In this document: piece by piece, positions 37,535 through 50,300 of the stretch | Numbering within the stretch: position 1 is the stretch's first letter | Layout: every line of letters begins with the position of its first letter | NCBI RefSeq assembly: GCF_030028105.1 | Contig: NC_092395.1 | Location: 21,978,424 to 22,042,423, forward strand | DNA from: Mobula birostris | Taxonomy: Eukaryota | DNA: 64,000 nucleotides | Direction: 5' to 3' | Translations under genes and position numbers: made by a program | The notes under the pieces: model-generated | Databases searched by the model: none | What the model was told of the DNA's origin: nothing | Seen by the model: only the letters and a program-made list of their open reading frames with translations

Positions 37535-38150
37535 ATAACCATATAACAATTACAGCACGGAAACAGGCCATCTCGGCCCTTCTAGTCCGTGCCGAACTCT
37601 TACTCTCACCTATTCCCACCGACCTGCACTCAGCCCATAACCGTCCATTCCTTTCCTGTCCATATATCTATCCAATTTAACTTTAAACAACAACATCGAA
37701 CCTGCCTCAGCCACTTCTGCTGGAAGCTCATTCCACACAGCCACCACTCTCTGAGTAAAGATGTTCCCCCTCATGTTTCCCCTAAACTTTTGCCCTTTAA
37801 CTCTCAGCTCATGTCCTCGTTTGAATCTCCCCCACTCTCAATGGAAAAAGCCTATCCATGTCAACTCTCTCTATCCCTCTCATAATTTTAAATACCTCTA
37901 TCAAGTCCCCCGTCAACCTCTACGCTCCAAAGAATAAAGACCTAACTTGTTCAACCTTTCTCTGTAACTTAGGAGATGAAACCCAGGCAACATTTTAGTA
38001 AATCTCCTCTGTACTCTCTCAATTTTATTGACATCTTTCCTATAATTCGGTGACCAGAACTGTACACAATACTCCAAATTTGGCCTCACCAATGCCTTAT
38101 ACAATTTCAACATTACATTCCAACTCCTATACTCAATGCTCTGATTAATA
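37535..38150 (-). mobile_element. CR1 3' part
   Basis: MLKLYKALVRPNLEYCVQFWSPNYRKDVNKIERVQRRFTKMLPG. Confidence 0.85.
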
Positions 38151-38224
38151 AAGATCTTGCTTTAAAGTAATGCATATTGTCTCCATATCCATATTCTCAA
38201 AAGTTAGATGAACAACTCGTTATG

Positions 38225-38870
38225 CAACACACACAAAATGCTGGAGAAACAAAGCAGGTCAGGCAGCATCTATGGAGATGAATAAACAGGTAATGCTCTG
38301 GAATGAGGCGCTCCTTCAGGACTAGAAAGGAAGGGGAAGGAAGGGGAAGACACGAGAATAAAAAGATGGAGGGAGGGAAAATGAGGAAAGTTAGAAAGTG
38401 ACAGATGATGCCAGATAGGTTGGAAAGGTAAAGGGCTGGAGAGGATAGAATCTGATAGGAGAGAAGAGTGGATTATAGGAGAAGGGGAAGAAGGAGGTGA
38501 TAGGCAGGTGAGAAGGGGTAAGAGGCAAGATTATGGAATAGAAGAAAAGGGAAAGGGAAGAGATTTTTTTTACAATAAGGAGAAATAAATGTTTATGGAA
38601 TCAGGTTGGAGGCTACCAAGACAGAACCTTAAGTGTTGCTCCTCCACCCTGATAGTGGCCTCACCATGCCACAAGAGGTGGCCATGAACCAACATGTTAG
38701 AACATGAGTAGGAATAGGAAATAAAACGATTGGACACTGAGAAATTCCACTTTTAGTGGATGGAGCAGAGGCGCTTGACAAAGTAGTACCCCAAATTAGG
38801 ACAGACTCACCAATGTAGAGAAGGCTGTTTCAGGAGCATCCAATACAATAGATGACGTCAACAGATTCAT
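38225..38870 (-). mobile_element. Penelope-like element 3' part: GIY-YIG endonuclease remnant plus terminal repeat
   Basis: Minus strand 38870-38580 reads ESVDVIYCIGCS*NSLLYIGES ... EEQHLRFCLGSLQPDSINIYF (GIY-YIG, disrupted). It is followed by a pyrimidine tract and the same terminal repeat seen in the foldback inserts. Confidence 0.8.
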
Positions 38871-40627
38871 TTTTAACCTCTCACCCCCATCAACCAATAT
38901 TCCTTTCTCATTGTCTTACAACTCAAGTACTCAAGTTGGCTGATGAAACAGGCAGCTAACTTTACTTGATACATGCTCAATTCTGTGATACAAATGATCT
39001 ATTTTACTGTATGTTTTGATGTACATGTGACAAATAAAGCTAATCTTTAATTTAAAACTTAACTTGACAGTCAGTAGTAAAAACCAATGGAAAGCAGCAT
39101 TAGAGTGGAAGGCAACGCTGTGTGCAGGAATATCAAACTGAGCAAATTCTGGCGGCTAGACACAGGTATCCTCAAAGCTATGGAAGATCTATGTACAAAC
39201 CAAGAAAACACACACATGCATAAACTCATATTAGACATAAGAAAGCATACTAGAAATACACAGTATTTCAGACAGTACATGTGGAGAGAGAAACAGTTAA
39301 TATTTCATGTATCTTTCATCAACAGGCACCCCTCTAATGTTATGTCTCTTTTTTCTTTTTTTATTTTTACATATGTCTGAGCTGATATGTTCTTGTTGAT
39401 TTTATTGTTTTTTGAAAATTTTGAAAATAAAGTATTTAAAAAATCTTTCATCAAAAAGATTAGATGACCTTGGCATATGCAGATGACACGAAGATGAATG
39501 GATTCTGTGATAAGGGGTAGATCTAATATGCTACACAGCATTTTTCTTTAGGATTACTCTTGTGGTAGGAGAATGAAGGAAAGGGTGTTATCTACGTTGC
39601 TGGTAGACAATACACTCAGTACTTGGGGCTGGGTTGACAAGTTTTCTGGGCCATTGGATGTTACTCCTAAAAACCTATTAAATTCACTTTTTTAAAATGT
39701 TACACAGTATTGTCATAAATTTTCCAGTGACTCTGGTAAAGGGAGTGAATGAACTGGGGCCCTTCAGAATTTCTGTGGAGTTCAGGAAGCACTACCACTG
39801 AATCAAATGCTGAACCATCAAGTTTCCCCAATCATCAGATAATGGACTATCGGAGTTTTTACTGAGAATGATGTTTCCCATTTGCTTTTATTTCTCTTTT
39901 ATTATTTCTCTCTTCACTTTTAGACACTTAAAGTACAATTAATGTAACATAAGTGCACTTGATCTTTAGTCTTGCAGAAACATTTGGGTGAGTTCTTAGT
40001 AAGAGGCAATGTACAATATGCCATCAAGTCTCACAGAGCAGAGAGAGATACATTCCCCATCTACACTGAGACTCTATACATAAAATATAGACCAGTACAA
40101 CACAGTACAACATAACCCCTTTGGCCCATGATGTACAAATCTACTCCATGATCAATATAACCCTTCCCGCCTACATAGTCCAATGACCTCCCTGCCATTT
40201 TTCTTATATCATATGCCTATCTATGCGACTCTTACATTTCCTCATTGTATCATCCATTATCACCAACCCTGGCAGTGCACCTACCAATCTCTGTGTAAGA
40301 AACCTACCTCAGACAGGACATGCACTCAGACTTCAGTTGCAGAACCACTGATTCACGGGCAAGGAGATCCAACAGCTTTAAGTGTCCCTACCGTATTAGC
40401 CTCAACCACCTCCCCTGGCAGTGCATTCCAGCGACCTGCCTCAGACCGGAAAGTACTTGTATACTCAGACTAGCTGCAGAACCATTGGGATAGGGGCAAA
40501 ATCTTACAACAGAGGGTGTCTGTCCCTGTGTCTGTAAATCTAGGGGAAAAATGAGGGAGAGATGAGGTTCAGCTGTGAAGAACACAACAAATATTCTGCT
40601 AACTCATGCAGGCTGTCCTTCAAGAGG

Positions 40628-41044
40628 ACCACAATCTTGTTGTGGTTTGGAGGCCTACATGCCTCAATGACCCAGACAGCTATGTTGGCTGGAGTCAGCA
40701 CTTTATGTTCTGGCACTTGGTAGGATCATCCATGCCGCACAGGTCAAAGGGTAGAGGATAGACTAAGAGTGGTCCACTGGTCCTCCAACTTCAGGGGTAT
40801 AGCTCAGGGCTAACAACCCTGACTGATAAAACAAAACTGTTACCGAAACAGCAATGCAAAATCCTTCTATATCTGAGTTCGACAGTATTCTTGAGTCTCC
40901 ACCCAGGACTTGCATGTCTGACAGTAGTGAAAACCAAGAGGAGGCTACTGACATGGTGAAGGAAGCCCTGAACACCACCAGAGATGGAGGACCTCCATTG
41001 TTTCCCTAAACGCCAGTAACATAACAGGCAGTAAGTAAGTAAGT
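40628..41044 (+). mobile_element. Bipartite RTE-derived SINE
   Basis: BovB/Expander-like 5' UTR motif (GACTAAGAGTGGTCCACTGG) joined to an RTE-like 3' end with (TAAG)n tail. Confidence 0.65.
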
Positions 41045-41299
41045 CACAACTGCTGTGCTCAAAAGTGGAGAATGGGTAAGGTATAATTAGTTATCGCACT
41101 TTCCCAGCAGTGAAGCACGAGGCAGAATTGAGCAAACTCGTATAATCTTGACCTGAGCTTGTGATGGAATTAAAACCAGGGTATGTTTAAGCCAATGTAT
41201 CCTTGCTAAAACTGATTTAATTCTTGTTCGGCAACACTAAATTGGTGATTCTAAGGGTTATGCAGCCTTCATCGTCTTGGAGCCTTCAAGTGGAGTTGA

Positions 41300-41427
41300 C
41301 ACGTGAGCCAGGCTTGGGCCTCTCATTTGTCAGTGCCAGTTGCCATGGTAACTCACTATTTTGAGCCCGTCATTCACCAGGTACAATGTGCGAAATAGCA
41401 CCATCCGTCTATTGCTGACTCATTGTT
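41300..41427. promoter_or_regulatory. Candidate intronic enhancer: E-box, RFX X-box, AP-1, SOX
   Basis: CACGTG 41300-41305; GTTGCCATGGTAAC 41339-41352; TGACTCA 41416-41422; CATTGTT 41421-41427; all in non-repetitive DNA. Confidence 0.4.
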
Positions 41428-41734
41428 AAGAAAATTGATCTTTCTTTCTCTCAGACAGATACACATGTAGCAAAAGAATTACCAGCATTAATTGACATGA
41501 TGAAAGATTACACAATCACATGGATTTGAGCTGCTACAGCACATACAAAGCAATCAAGGCCCTTGGCACAAAAATGCCACAGCCTTCGATGAAGCTCTTT
41601 TCCTCCCATCTCTTGCATGTTACAAGTATTTTAAAATTTTTTTTTAAGAAATAAGAATCACAGGAAAGCTCTAGCATCTTACTATCAATAACCCAACCCC
41701 TTATTACCCTTGGGTGTGGCCAAATAGGCTATAT

Positions 41735-42404
41735 CAGACATCCCACCTCTTCCGGAAGTTCCGGGATTCTCCTGCATATTGATAGCGGCTCCCTGATGCC
41801 TGTAAATCATATACAATATCCCGGAAATCGATTTTTTTTTGAGGGGGAGAGGGAGAGCGAGAGGGAGAGGGAGAGCGAGCATCCTGATTGGTCTCTCTTC
41901 GTGCTAAGTAGACCTATCAGTTTTCTCTGTGGGTGGGCTTTACAGTCGACCTCAAAAATAATGACAGTGTTGCTTGCTACATGGTTTGCAACAGTGACTT
42001 TTCTATTGCCCATGGTGGGTTAAAATGTAAAAGACATGTTGAGGTGAGTTTAACAGGTGTCATTCATTCATTAGCATAGCTAACATTATTTAAACTAGCT
42101 GGCTAGCTGCTAAGGAGCTACTCTATTGATGTCCTACGTGATGAGGCCAAACTCCCTGTAGACTTGCTTAAAGTTGTAATAGAATAAACATGATAATATA
42201 ATATAAGTACATATTTTAATGTCACATTTTCTGCATATACCCAACTTGGTTTACAGATTAGACAAAATTACTAAACAAAGTATTACATACACCCTTGGAG
42301 GTCGACCAGGTGGGGGGGGGGGGGGTGGTGGCAGGGGGATATGGGGTTGCGGGGGACGGGGGTGCTACCTCCCTGAAATGAGTTTTTGCAGGGTGGGATG
42401 TCTG
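41735..42404. mobile_element. Non-autonomous DNA transposon (hAT-like termini), 6-bp TSD
   Basis: TIR CAGACATCCCACC / GGTGGGATGTCTG; TSD CTATAT at 41729-41734 and 42405-42410. Confidence 0.8.
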
Positions 42405-42609
42405 CTATATAAGAGCACATTTGGTAGTTCTGGAGTCAGATATTTAAGGACAACAGATCTGCTCTGCCAAATGGACATTAGCGATCTGATCGTCCTGCTA
42501 CAGATTCTCAAGCCGAAAATTTGACACTTCCTTCCCCCTGCCTTGCCCTCAGCTGCTGTTTAACCCACTTGAGTTCCTCTAGCATCTTACTATTTTAGTC
42601 GGATTGTAT

Positions 42610-43310
42610 ATAGACTGGCTGCATCACAGCCTGGTTCGGAAACACCAATGCCCTTGAATGGAAAATCCTACAAAAAGTAGTGGATACGGCCCAGTATACA
42701 TAAAAGTTGCTGCCTGGCCTGTTGCGTTCACCAGCAACTTTTATGTGTGTTGCTTGAAATTCCAGCATCTGCAGATTTCCTCGTGACGACTCAATATATC
42801 CAACCATTGAGCACATCTACGTGAAACATTATCACAGGAAAACAGCATCCATCATCAGGGACCCCCACCACCCAGGACATGCCTTTCTTCTTATTTCTTC
42901 CATCAAGCAGAATGTACAGGAGTATCAGGACTCATACCATTAGATTCAGGAACAGTTATTACCCCTTAACCATTAGGCTCTTGAAACAAAGGGGATAACT
43001 TCTCTCAACTTCACTTGCCCATCGCTGAACTGTTCCTACAACCAATGGACTCACTTTCTAAGACTCTTCATCTCATGTTCTTGATATTTATTGCTTATTT
43101 ATTTATTATTATTGTTGCTTCATTTTTCATTTGCACAGTTTGTTACCTTCTGCACATTGGTTGAACACCCTAGTTAGCTGGTCTTTCATTGATTGTGTTA
43201 TAGTTATTATTCCAGATTTGTAGAATATGCCCAGAGAAAATGAATCTCAGGGTTGTATATGGTGATATATATGTACTTTGATAGTAAAATTCACTTTGAA
43301 CTTTGAATTT
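42610..43310 (+). mobile_element. Rex1/Babar-type 3' fragment with a Penelope-terminus insert
   Basis: TGCITAWFGN motif; (TTGAAC) tail near 43300; insert at about 42696-42785. Confidence 0.7.
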
Positions 43311-44034
43311 TAATCTTTGGATTCCAGCGTCTGCAGTCCCTTGTGATTCCAATCTGGTGGTTTACTTTTTTAAAACAACCTAGGAACTTTGTGGCCATCA
43401 TCTCAAACATAAAAACTTCTACTGAAGCTTTCAGAGCTGCCATGTTGGGATTTGAATTTTGTTCTGTGGATTACTAGTCCAGTACTTTAAACTTTTCATC
43501 ATCAAGCACATGGCATGAGTTTTTGAAATCAGTTGGGAAATGAGAATTAAAACCATTCCCACACGGCACTAAGAAGTGAGCTCATAGACTTCTTAAGATT
43601 CAGATAGTTTTTTTTACTGAATTAATAACAAACACCTCGAAATTGAAATTCAGACATTTATGGTGTGCTAAATAGGCCCCAAAGCCTTAAAACCAAAATG
43701 GTAGTTGCCAAAAAAAAGGCTAAATTAGGATATCCACACTTAATAAATTGCTATTTTTTAATTTAAAAGCATTAGAGTTTATGCAGGTTAATAGATGGTG
43801 GGAGAGTGTGAAGATGAATGGCGAGAGAGGGAGAGATAATGGGGGCAGGGGAAAACTGAGGGCATAGCATTAAGTAGCACAGTGCTTTAGAATGGATTAC
43901 CATTCCACAATGGTATGATGTAATTGGCGTTTGTCATGGCGATCAGTGAGAACGGAGTTTGGAGCATCCTGTGCAATGATTGGTGATCTTTCTCAGTGCT
44001 TCCTACTTGCAAAAGGGCAGGATATGAAAACATG

Positions 44035-44254
44035 AGAGAAAATCTGCGGATGCCGGAAATCCAAAGCAACATATACAAAATGCTGGAGGAACTCAGCAGG
44101 CCAAGCAGTATCCATGGAAAAGAGTAAATAGTCGATGATTTGAGCTGAGATTCGAGCTGAGAAGAAGGGTCTTGGCCCGAAACGTTGACTGTTTACTCTT
44201 TTCCGTAGATGCTGCCTGGCCTGCCGAGTTCCTCCAGCATTTTGTGTGTGTTGC
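44035..44254. mobile_element. Penelope-derived foldback insert with partial hammerhead
   Basis: ~70-bp inverted arms (about 44066-44137 and 44183-44255); AAGGGTCTTGGCCCGAAACGTTGACTG at 44165-44191; TSD TATGRAAACATG at 44023-44034 and 44255-44266. Confidence 0.75.
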
Positions 44255-44874
44255 TATGGAAACATGTGAAGCGTTCAGCAGAGTAAAAACTGTGTCCTCA
44301 GGGCAGCTCAAATTCTTGCTGCATGACTTGCTGTTTAATTTGCTTCTTCATTTAATTGTAAGTCAGCTATGAAGGTTACAACCCTTTTATACAATTAATG
44401 TTGATCAGTAGGAAAGTTGTGTCGCTGATGATGTAATGACATGCTCAGAACGCGAAAGGGAAATGAGATCTGCATTAGGTTAAATTTTAGCTTAAAATCC
44501 CAATTCAGTTTTTGTGGTGAAAATGGAATATCTGCCATATGTTTCAAAAGATGTACAAGATACTTTTGTACACAGGATATTTACGAATATTTTATTTTCT
44601 AATCTAGTTTCAAGGTTACTAAATTTGCAGGACAAAAATAAGCCATTCTTGGTGGAGTTCTGCTCCACATTTCATCACCTTCCCACCTAATTTTATTTCG
44701 TCTTTACCTCCAATCATCCCTATCCTGATGTTGATGGTGAGAGACTTGGCGATGGTAATTTCATTGATTGTGCTTAGACTGACCCTTAATGGACATGGTC
44801 ATTTTCTGAAGTTTGTGTGTTATGAATGTTGCTTGTCTAACAGATAATAGACTATTGAACCGAGAAAGATCGCA

Positions 44875-45165
44875 GAAAAGATAAAGATTAACTTTATTTG
44901 CCATATGTACATTGAACTATTGAAATGTACAGTGATATTATTTGTTAGTGTAAACAGCCAACACAGTCTGAGAGTATGTGGGGGGCAGCCCACAAGTGTC
45001 ACCTTGCTTCTTGTGCATGTTCACAACTTACAAACTCCGTCCCATAAGTTTTTAGACTGTGCAAGGAAACTCATGTGGTCACAGAGAGAACGTACAAACT
45101 CCTTACAGACAGCAGTGGAAACTGAACCCCAATTGCTGGCAATGTAATAGCCTTACACTACCATG
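44875..45165 (-). mobile_element. V-SINE (partly deleted)
   Basis: AACGTACAAACTCCTTACAGAC..CTGAACCC. Confidence 0.65.
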
Positions 45166-46570
45166 TGGGGTAAAAAATATAGAATCAGAAGTGGGCCATT
45201 TAGCCTTGTGTCTGTTCCAATTACATTATGACTGATCTTTTACCTCAGCACCACTTTCCTGCACTGACTCCACATCCCATCATTCCTTCAAAACCTATCC
45301 TCATACACCGTCTTCATATGATCGTGTAACGCAACCTCCACTGCTCACTCGATTGGTGAGCTCCAGAGCTTTGCCCCATCTGGATAATGAGATTACTTCT
45401 TGTCTGTGTCCTGATGGGTCTTCATTTTGACACAGTAACCTTTGGTTCTCTGGCTGTGACTCCACCAGAGGAAACATTAATTGTGTCTCCTTCTATACCA
45501 TGAGAAGAGCAAAATGAGAAACTTAATTTTAGAATGCATAATTCTCTTATCCAAGTTTCTGATAACCAAGCATGACCAGCTGGGGCCCAGGCACTCGACC
45601 CTGTGGCAGAGCCTCCCAACCCAAAAATGATCTGCTTACTCCCACTCTCTATTTCCTTTCCATTCAACAACCCTCTGTCCACAACAGCGTATTAGTTCTA
45701 GTACCGTGCACTCAAGGTTTGTTTAATATTCCCTTACATGGAAATCTTCTGAAAATCTAAATGCACCATATTAACTGGTTCACTATTGTGTTATTCTGCT
45801 TGTTAAACATCAATAAACTCCATAAACAGCTCTGTTAAATGTTTTCCATTCCCTTCATAACAAATTTCAGCATCTCCCTTCTACTGACAGTTGATGGTTC
45901 TTTATTTGGATGCAGGTCAGCTATCAGCCTTCAGTTCATTCATTTCTTCAGCACTAGTTCTTAATTAATGCTAATATCTCTGTGCTGCTCAGTTACTCTA
46001 GAGCACACTATTTTGAGGAGACTTTGACAGAGAATATTGGTTTATTTGCTCTGCCATTTCCTCATTATCTCATAATGTCCCCATTCTGGGTAAGGAACCC
46101 ATAATAACTTGATAATCTTTTCGCTACTATAGATCTATATATGGTGCTGAAGATAATTGGCAGGAAGGCACAATTCTCAGGAAGTCCAACAGCAATGTTC
46201 TGATGCCCATCTTTCTTTGTGTAAGGAAGGTCTCAGGCCAGCAGAAAGTTTGATCTCCACAGACTTACTTTTTGCTAAGGTTTTTTGAGGTACACACAAG
46301 CACCAAAGCTGCAGTGAGGTCTGTGGTCAAGATTTACTGATGGAATCCAAAATGAGCAATTAATTGGGAGCAGGTGATGATAGAACCATCAGCTAAAACT
46401 TCCAAAGCAACAATGACTATACTCCACACTGGATGTAAAGGAGTTTAGGACATCCTGAAAAGCATATAGAGTAGTGCTCATAAATACAAAATCTTTTTTT
46501 CTGGGTTCCTTTCTCCTCATGTGTTAATTGAGTATCATCATAAATATATCTTCGTTATTTGTTTCAACTG

Positions 46571-47364
46571 CACTCGGTGGCTACTTTATTGGGTACACCT
46601 GTACAGCTAATCGTTAATGAAAATATCTAATCAGCTGATCATGTGACAACAACTGAATGTATAAAAGGTCAAGTGTTTCAATTGTTCAGATCAAACATCA
46701 GAATGGGGGAAGAGATGTGATCTAAGTGACTTTAACCATACAATGATGAATGATGTCAGACAGGTAGCTTGAGTACCTCAGAAACTGCTGATCTCCTGGG
46801 ATTTTCATGCACAACAGTCTCTAGAGTTTACAGAGAATGGTGTGAAAAACAAAAAAAGACATCCAGTAACATACATAAAAGTTGCTGGTGAGTGCAGCAG
46901 GCCAGGCAGCATCTATAGGAAGAGGTACAGTTGATGTTTTGGGCTGAGACCCTTCGTCAGGACCAACTGAAAGAAGAGCTAGTAAGAGAATCGACTGTAC
47001 CTCTTCCTAGAGATGCTGCCTGGCCTGCTGTGTTCACCAGCAACTTTTATGTATGTTGCTTGGAATTCCAGCATCTGCAGATTTCCTTGTGTTTGTGTTT
47101 TTACATCCAGTAAGGGCAGTTCTGTGGGTGAAAATGCCTTGTTAATGAGAGAAGTCAGAAGAGAATGGCCAGACTGGTTCAAACTGACAAGAAGGTGACA
47201 GCAACTCTAAATAATCAGTAGTGTGCAGAAGAGCATCTCTGAATGCACAACACCTGAAATATTGAAGTGGATGGGCTACAGCAGCAGAAGACCATGAACA
47301 TGCTGTCCAATCAGTGGGCAGTTTATTAGATACAGGAGGTACCTAATAAAGTGGCCACTGAATG
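46571..47364. mobile_element. Tc1-like non-autonomous element (same family, inverted, interrupted)
   Basis: Both TIRs present; body is the reverse complement of 21770-22326; contains the foldback insert at 46870-47102. Confidence 0.8.
46870..47102. mobile_element. Penelope-derived foldback insert nested in a Tc1-like MITE
   Basis: Perfect 11-bp TSD ACATCCAGTAA (46859-46869 and 47103-47113); inverted arms; minus-strand core CTGACGA-AGGGTCTCAGCCC-AAAA (46928-46964). Confidence 0.8.
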
Positions 47365-50300
47365 TATTTCACATGCTGGTAAATTCCAAATTCTAAATAT
47401 TCTCTGTGTAAAAGTTTCTCTTCTAATACCTTGTTTGATTTATTAGTAACCATTTCTTGTTTGTGGCCCTGAATCATGGAGTCTACAAGTTCAAATGTCT
47501 TTGCTTCTTTGCTCCATATTTTTAAAGGCCTGCTGGGTAACAGGTCAGACTTCTCTTTTCTGGAGAAAAGAGACTGCACGAACTTTTGTGAAGCTTTATT
47601 CTGATACCATCCTTGTAAATCATTGATATCCATTCCCCATTTTTATTGAAAGGTTGATTGTGTCTAGTAATGAAGTATTGCAGAAGCTGGAGAAAATGAA
47701 AACTAAAACTGCTAGAAATAGTCTGCAGGTCAGGCAGCATCTGTGAAGAATGAAATAGAGCTGATGTTTTAAGTTAATAATCTTTTATTAGAGCACCACA
47801 AAGCTGCCTTTTATTCTGTTTGCAACCCCCTAAAACTGTTCTATCTTGCTGCCTTTAAAAAACAAATACCTAAAAACTCTCTTTAAACACCACTTCTTGA
47901 CCAATTTATGGTCACCCTTCCTAATTTTGTTGTCATTGTCATCTCTTGTTTTTCGCTCTTTGAGAAATGCAATTATTGTTGATAATAGAGAGAGGTTAGA
48001 GTGACACAGGAAAGAACGGAGAGAAAAACTAACTGATGAAGTATTTTGGTCTATCACCGTAAAGTAAAAACAGCAGGGAAATAGAAACAATGAAAAAGGC
48101 TTAAGACACTGTAAGAGAGCAAAGCAGAGGGCGAAAGGGAGGGAGGGAGAAGAAGCTAGAGTGTGAGGGGCGAGTGAGCGTGATACCTCTTTCAAATTGC
48201 ACTTGAGTTCCACTGTATATCTGACAAGATCGAAAAGCACCTGATTTTCACTTTAGTTAAACTCAGGCAAAGAAAATCAATCAATTCCCATACGCGCATC
48301 AGGCGAGTATCACAGTTTGAAACTCCATCCGACAGAGACAATGTGCTGAAAGCACAGTGCCTGTCCTGCTGAAGGGTGGAATTTGGAGTGATGCCAGAAA
48401 GTCTTAGTCAAAGAGAAGTGCGTTTGATTTGGAACAGTTGAGGAAATGAAAAAAACACATCTTTTCAGGTAATGTTGATTGCTGTGATGCCAGGAGGGGA
48501 AGGGATGGGAGAGAATTTTTCGGAATGTGTAGCCCATATGGTCCAGAATTAGTCAAAGTGGTTCAAATAGCCATGAGCATAATCTGAATCTTGTTGTAAT
48601 CATAACCTTGTTGCCACATTTTCCTGAAACATCAACTTTTTATTCCTCTCCATCAATGCTGCCTGGCCTTCTGAAGTCCAGGCAAAAGGAGCACAGAAGC
48701 CTAAAGGCACACACTCAGCAATTCAGGAACAGCTTCTTCCCCTCTGCCATCTGATTCCTAAATGGACTTTGAAGCCAAGAACACCACCTCACTTTTATTA
48801 CTTCTGTTTTGCACTATTTAATATCCAGATGTCTACTTAATGTAATTGATTAAGTAATTTTTTCTATATTATCATATATTGCATTGCACTGCTGCCTCTG
48901 AGTTAACAAATTTCATGACATATGTCAGTAATATTAAACCTGATTCTGATTCCTCCAGCATTTTGTGTGTGTTACTCTGGATTTTCCAGCATCTGCAGAT
49001 TCTCCTGTGTTAACACACCTATCCGTGTCTAATGTGAATTGCAGCCAGGGATGCATTGTGATTTCATCTCTGCTTTAGCAAGCTGAGTTATTCTTTGGAG
49101 GACAATTCTCTGCACAATTCTTTTCTGCAGATTTGAAGAGCAAACTGCAAACAAGAGTAACAAAAGGAGCAGAAATTAATTGGTTTTGTCCACTCTATTT
49201 GTGTTAATTGAAAGGTCAATTGATACTTATTTCCAGTACAGTTGTCAAAAGATGGAGGGAAATTGGGATGAAGAGAGACAAAGGGACATTTGGACACAAA
49301 TCTTGAGCCTCCATTTGATGTCAGAGTAAACTATGTATTACCTTATCAATGGTTTGCAGCAATGACATAACATCACTTCAAAAGTTCATTGCAGTGCTTT
49401 ATGGAACAATGCATCATTAGGATGGTTGTCAAGTGCCTCACTAAAACCACTGCTAAAAATCCATGCAAAATTACTTAAGATGATGGGAATTGTGTGTCAC
49501 TCAGGATATATCAAGGCATAGAATGACACAAAATTGGCCAAATTTGCCCAACCTATTCAGGTTGGTGTTTATGCTCCAAGTTACCCACCTCCTACATTGC
49601 TTTTGCTAACCCTGCCACTGTATCTTCCGTTACTTTCTCCGTCCCATTTGACTACCTTGCCCTCGAATGCAATTCTTCTGTTCACCTCACTGTTCCATGT
49701 GGTCCATAAATAAAACACTCTAGATGCCAGAGATTTGAAAGAAAAACAGCAGGAGAGAGAAAAAGAGATAATGTTTTAGATTAATGACCTTTCTTCAGAG
49801 CACCAGTCTGAAACATTAAGTATTTTCCTTACCACAGATGCTGCCTGACTTGCTGAGCACCCCAAATGGTATTTAGTTCTGCATTCTAATAATCTATAAA
49901 TAAATATTCTAGGTTTATGACTATTTGCTATGGACTCTCATACAAGTGAAACATATCCATTGCATGTTAGTACCTCTGTAGTCTGATTTCCATCTTTTCC
50001 CTTTTCTAAAGCAGCCACCTCCCACCAGCCTCTTCAATGAAGACTGTAATAACCTCTGTCTTGGTACATATACATGTATCTTCTCCAGTGCCTTCATGTT
50101 TCTTTGCAATGCACAGTATTCAGATTACGGCCTGTTCCCTTAAATGCTCTGGCCATTTCTCCCACCACCATCCAGTCATGAAATATCCTGCCCAAAATAA
50201 GAATTCTGTAGCAGAGACTTATTGTGAAATTCATTGCATTTGAACACCATCAGCCTCTTGGAACAGGCCTAATTAATTATCAAGTACCTTACCTCAAAAG

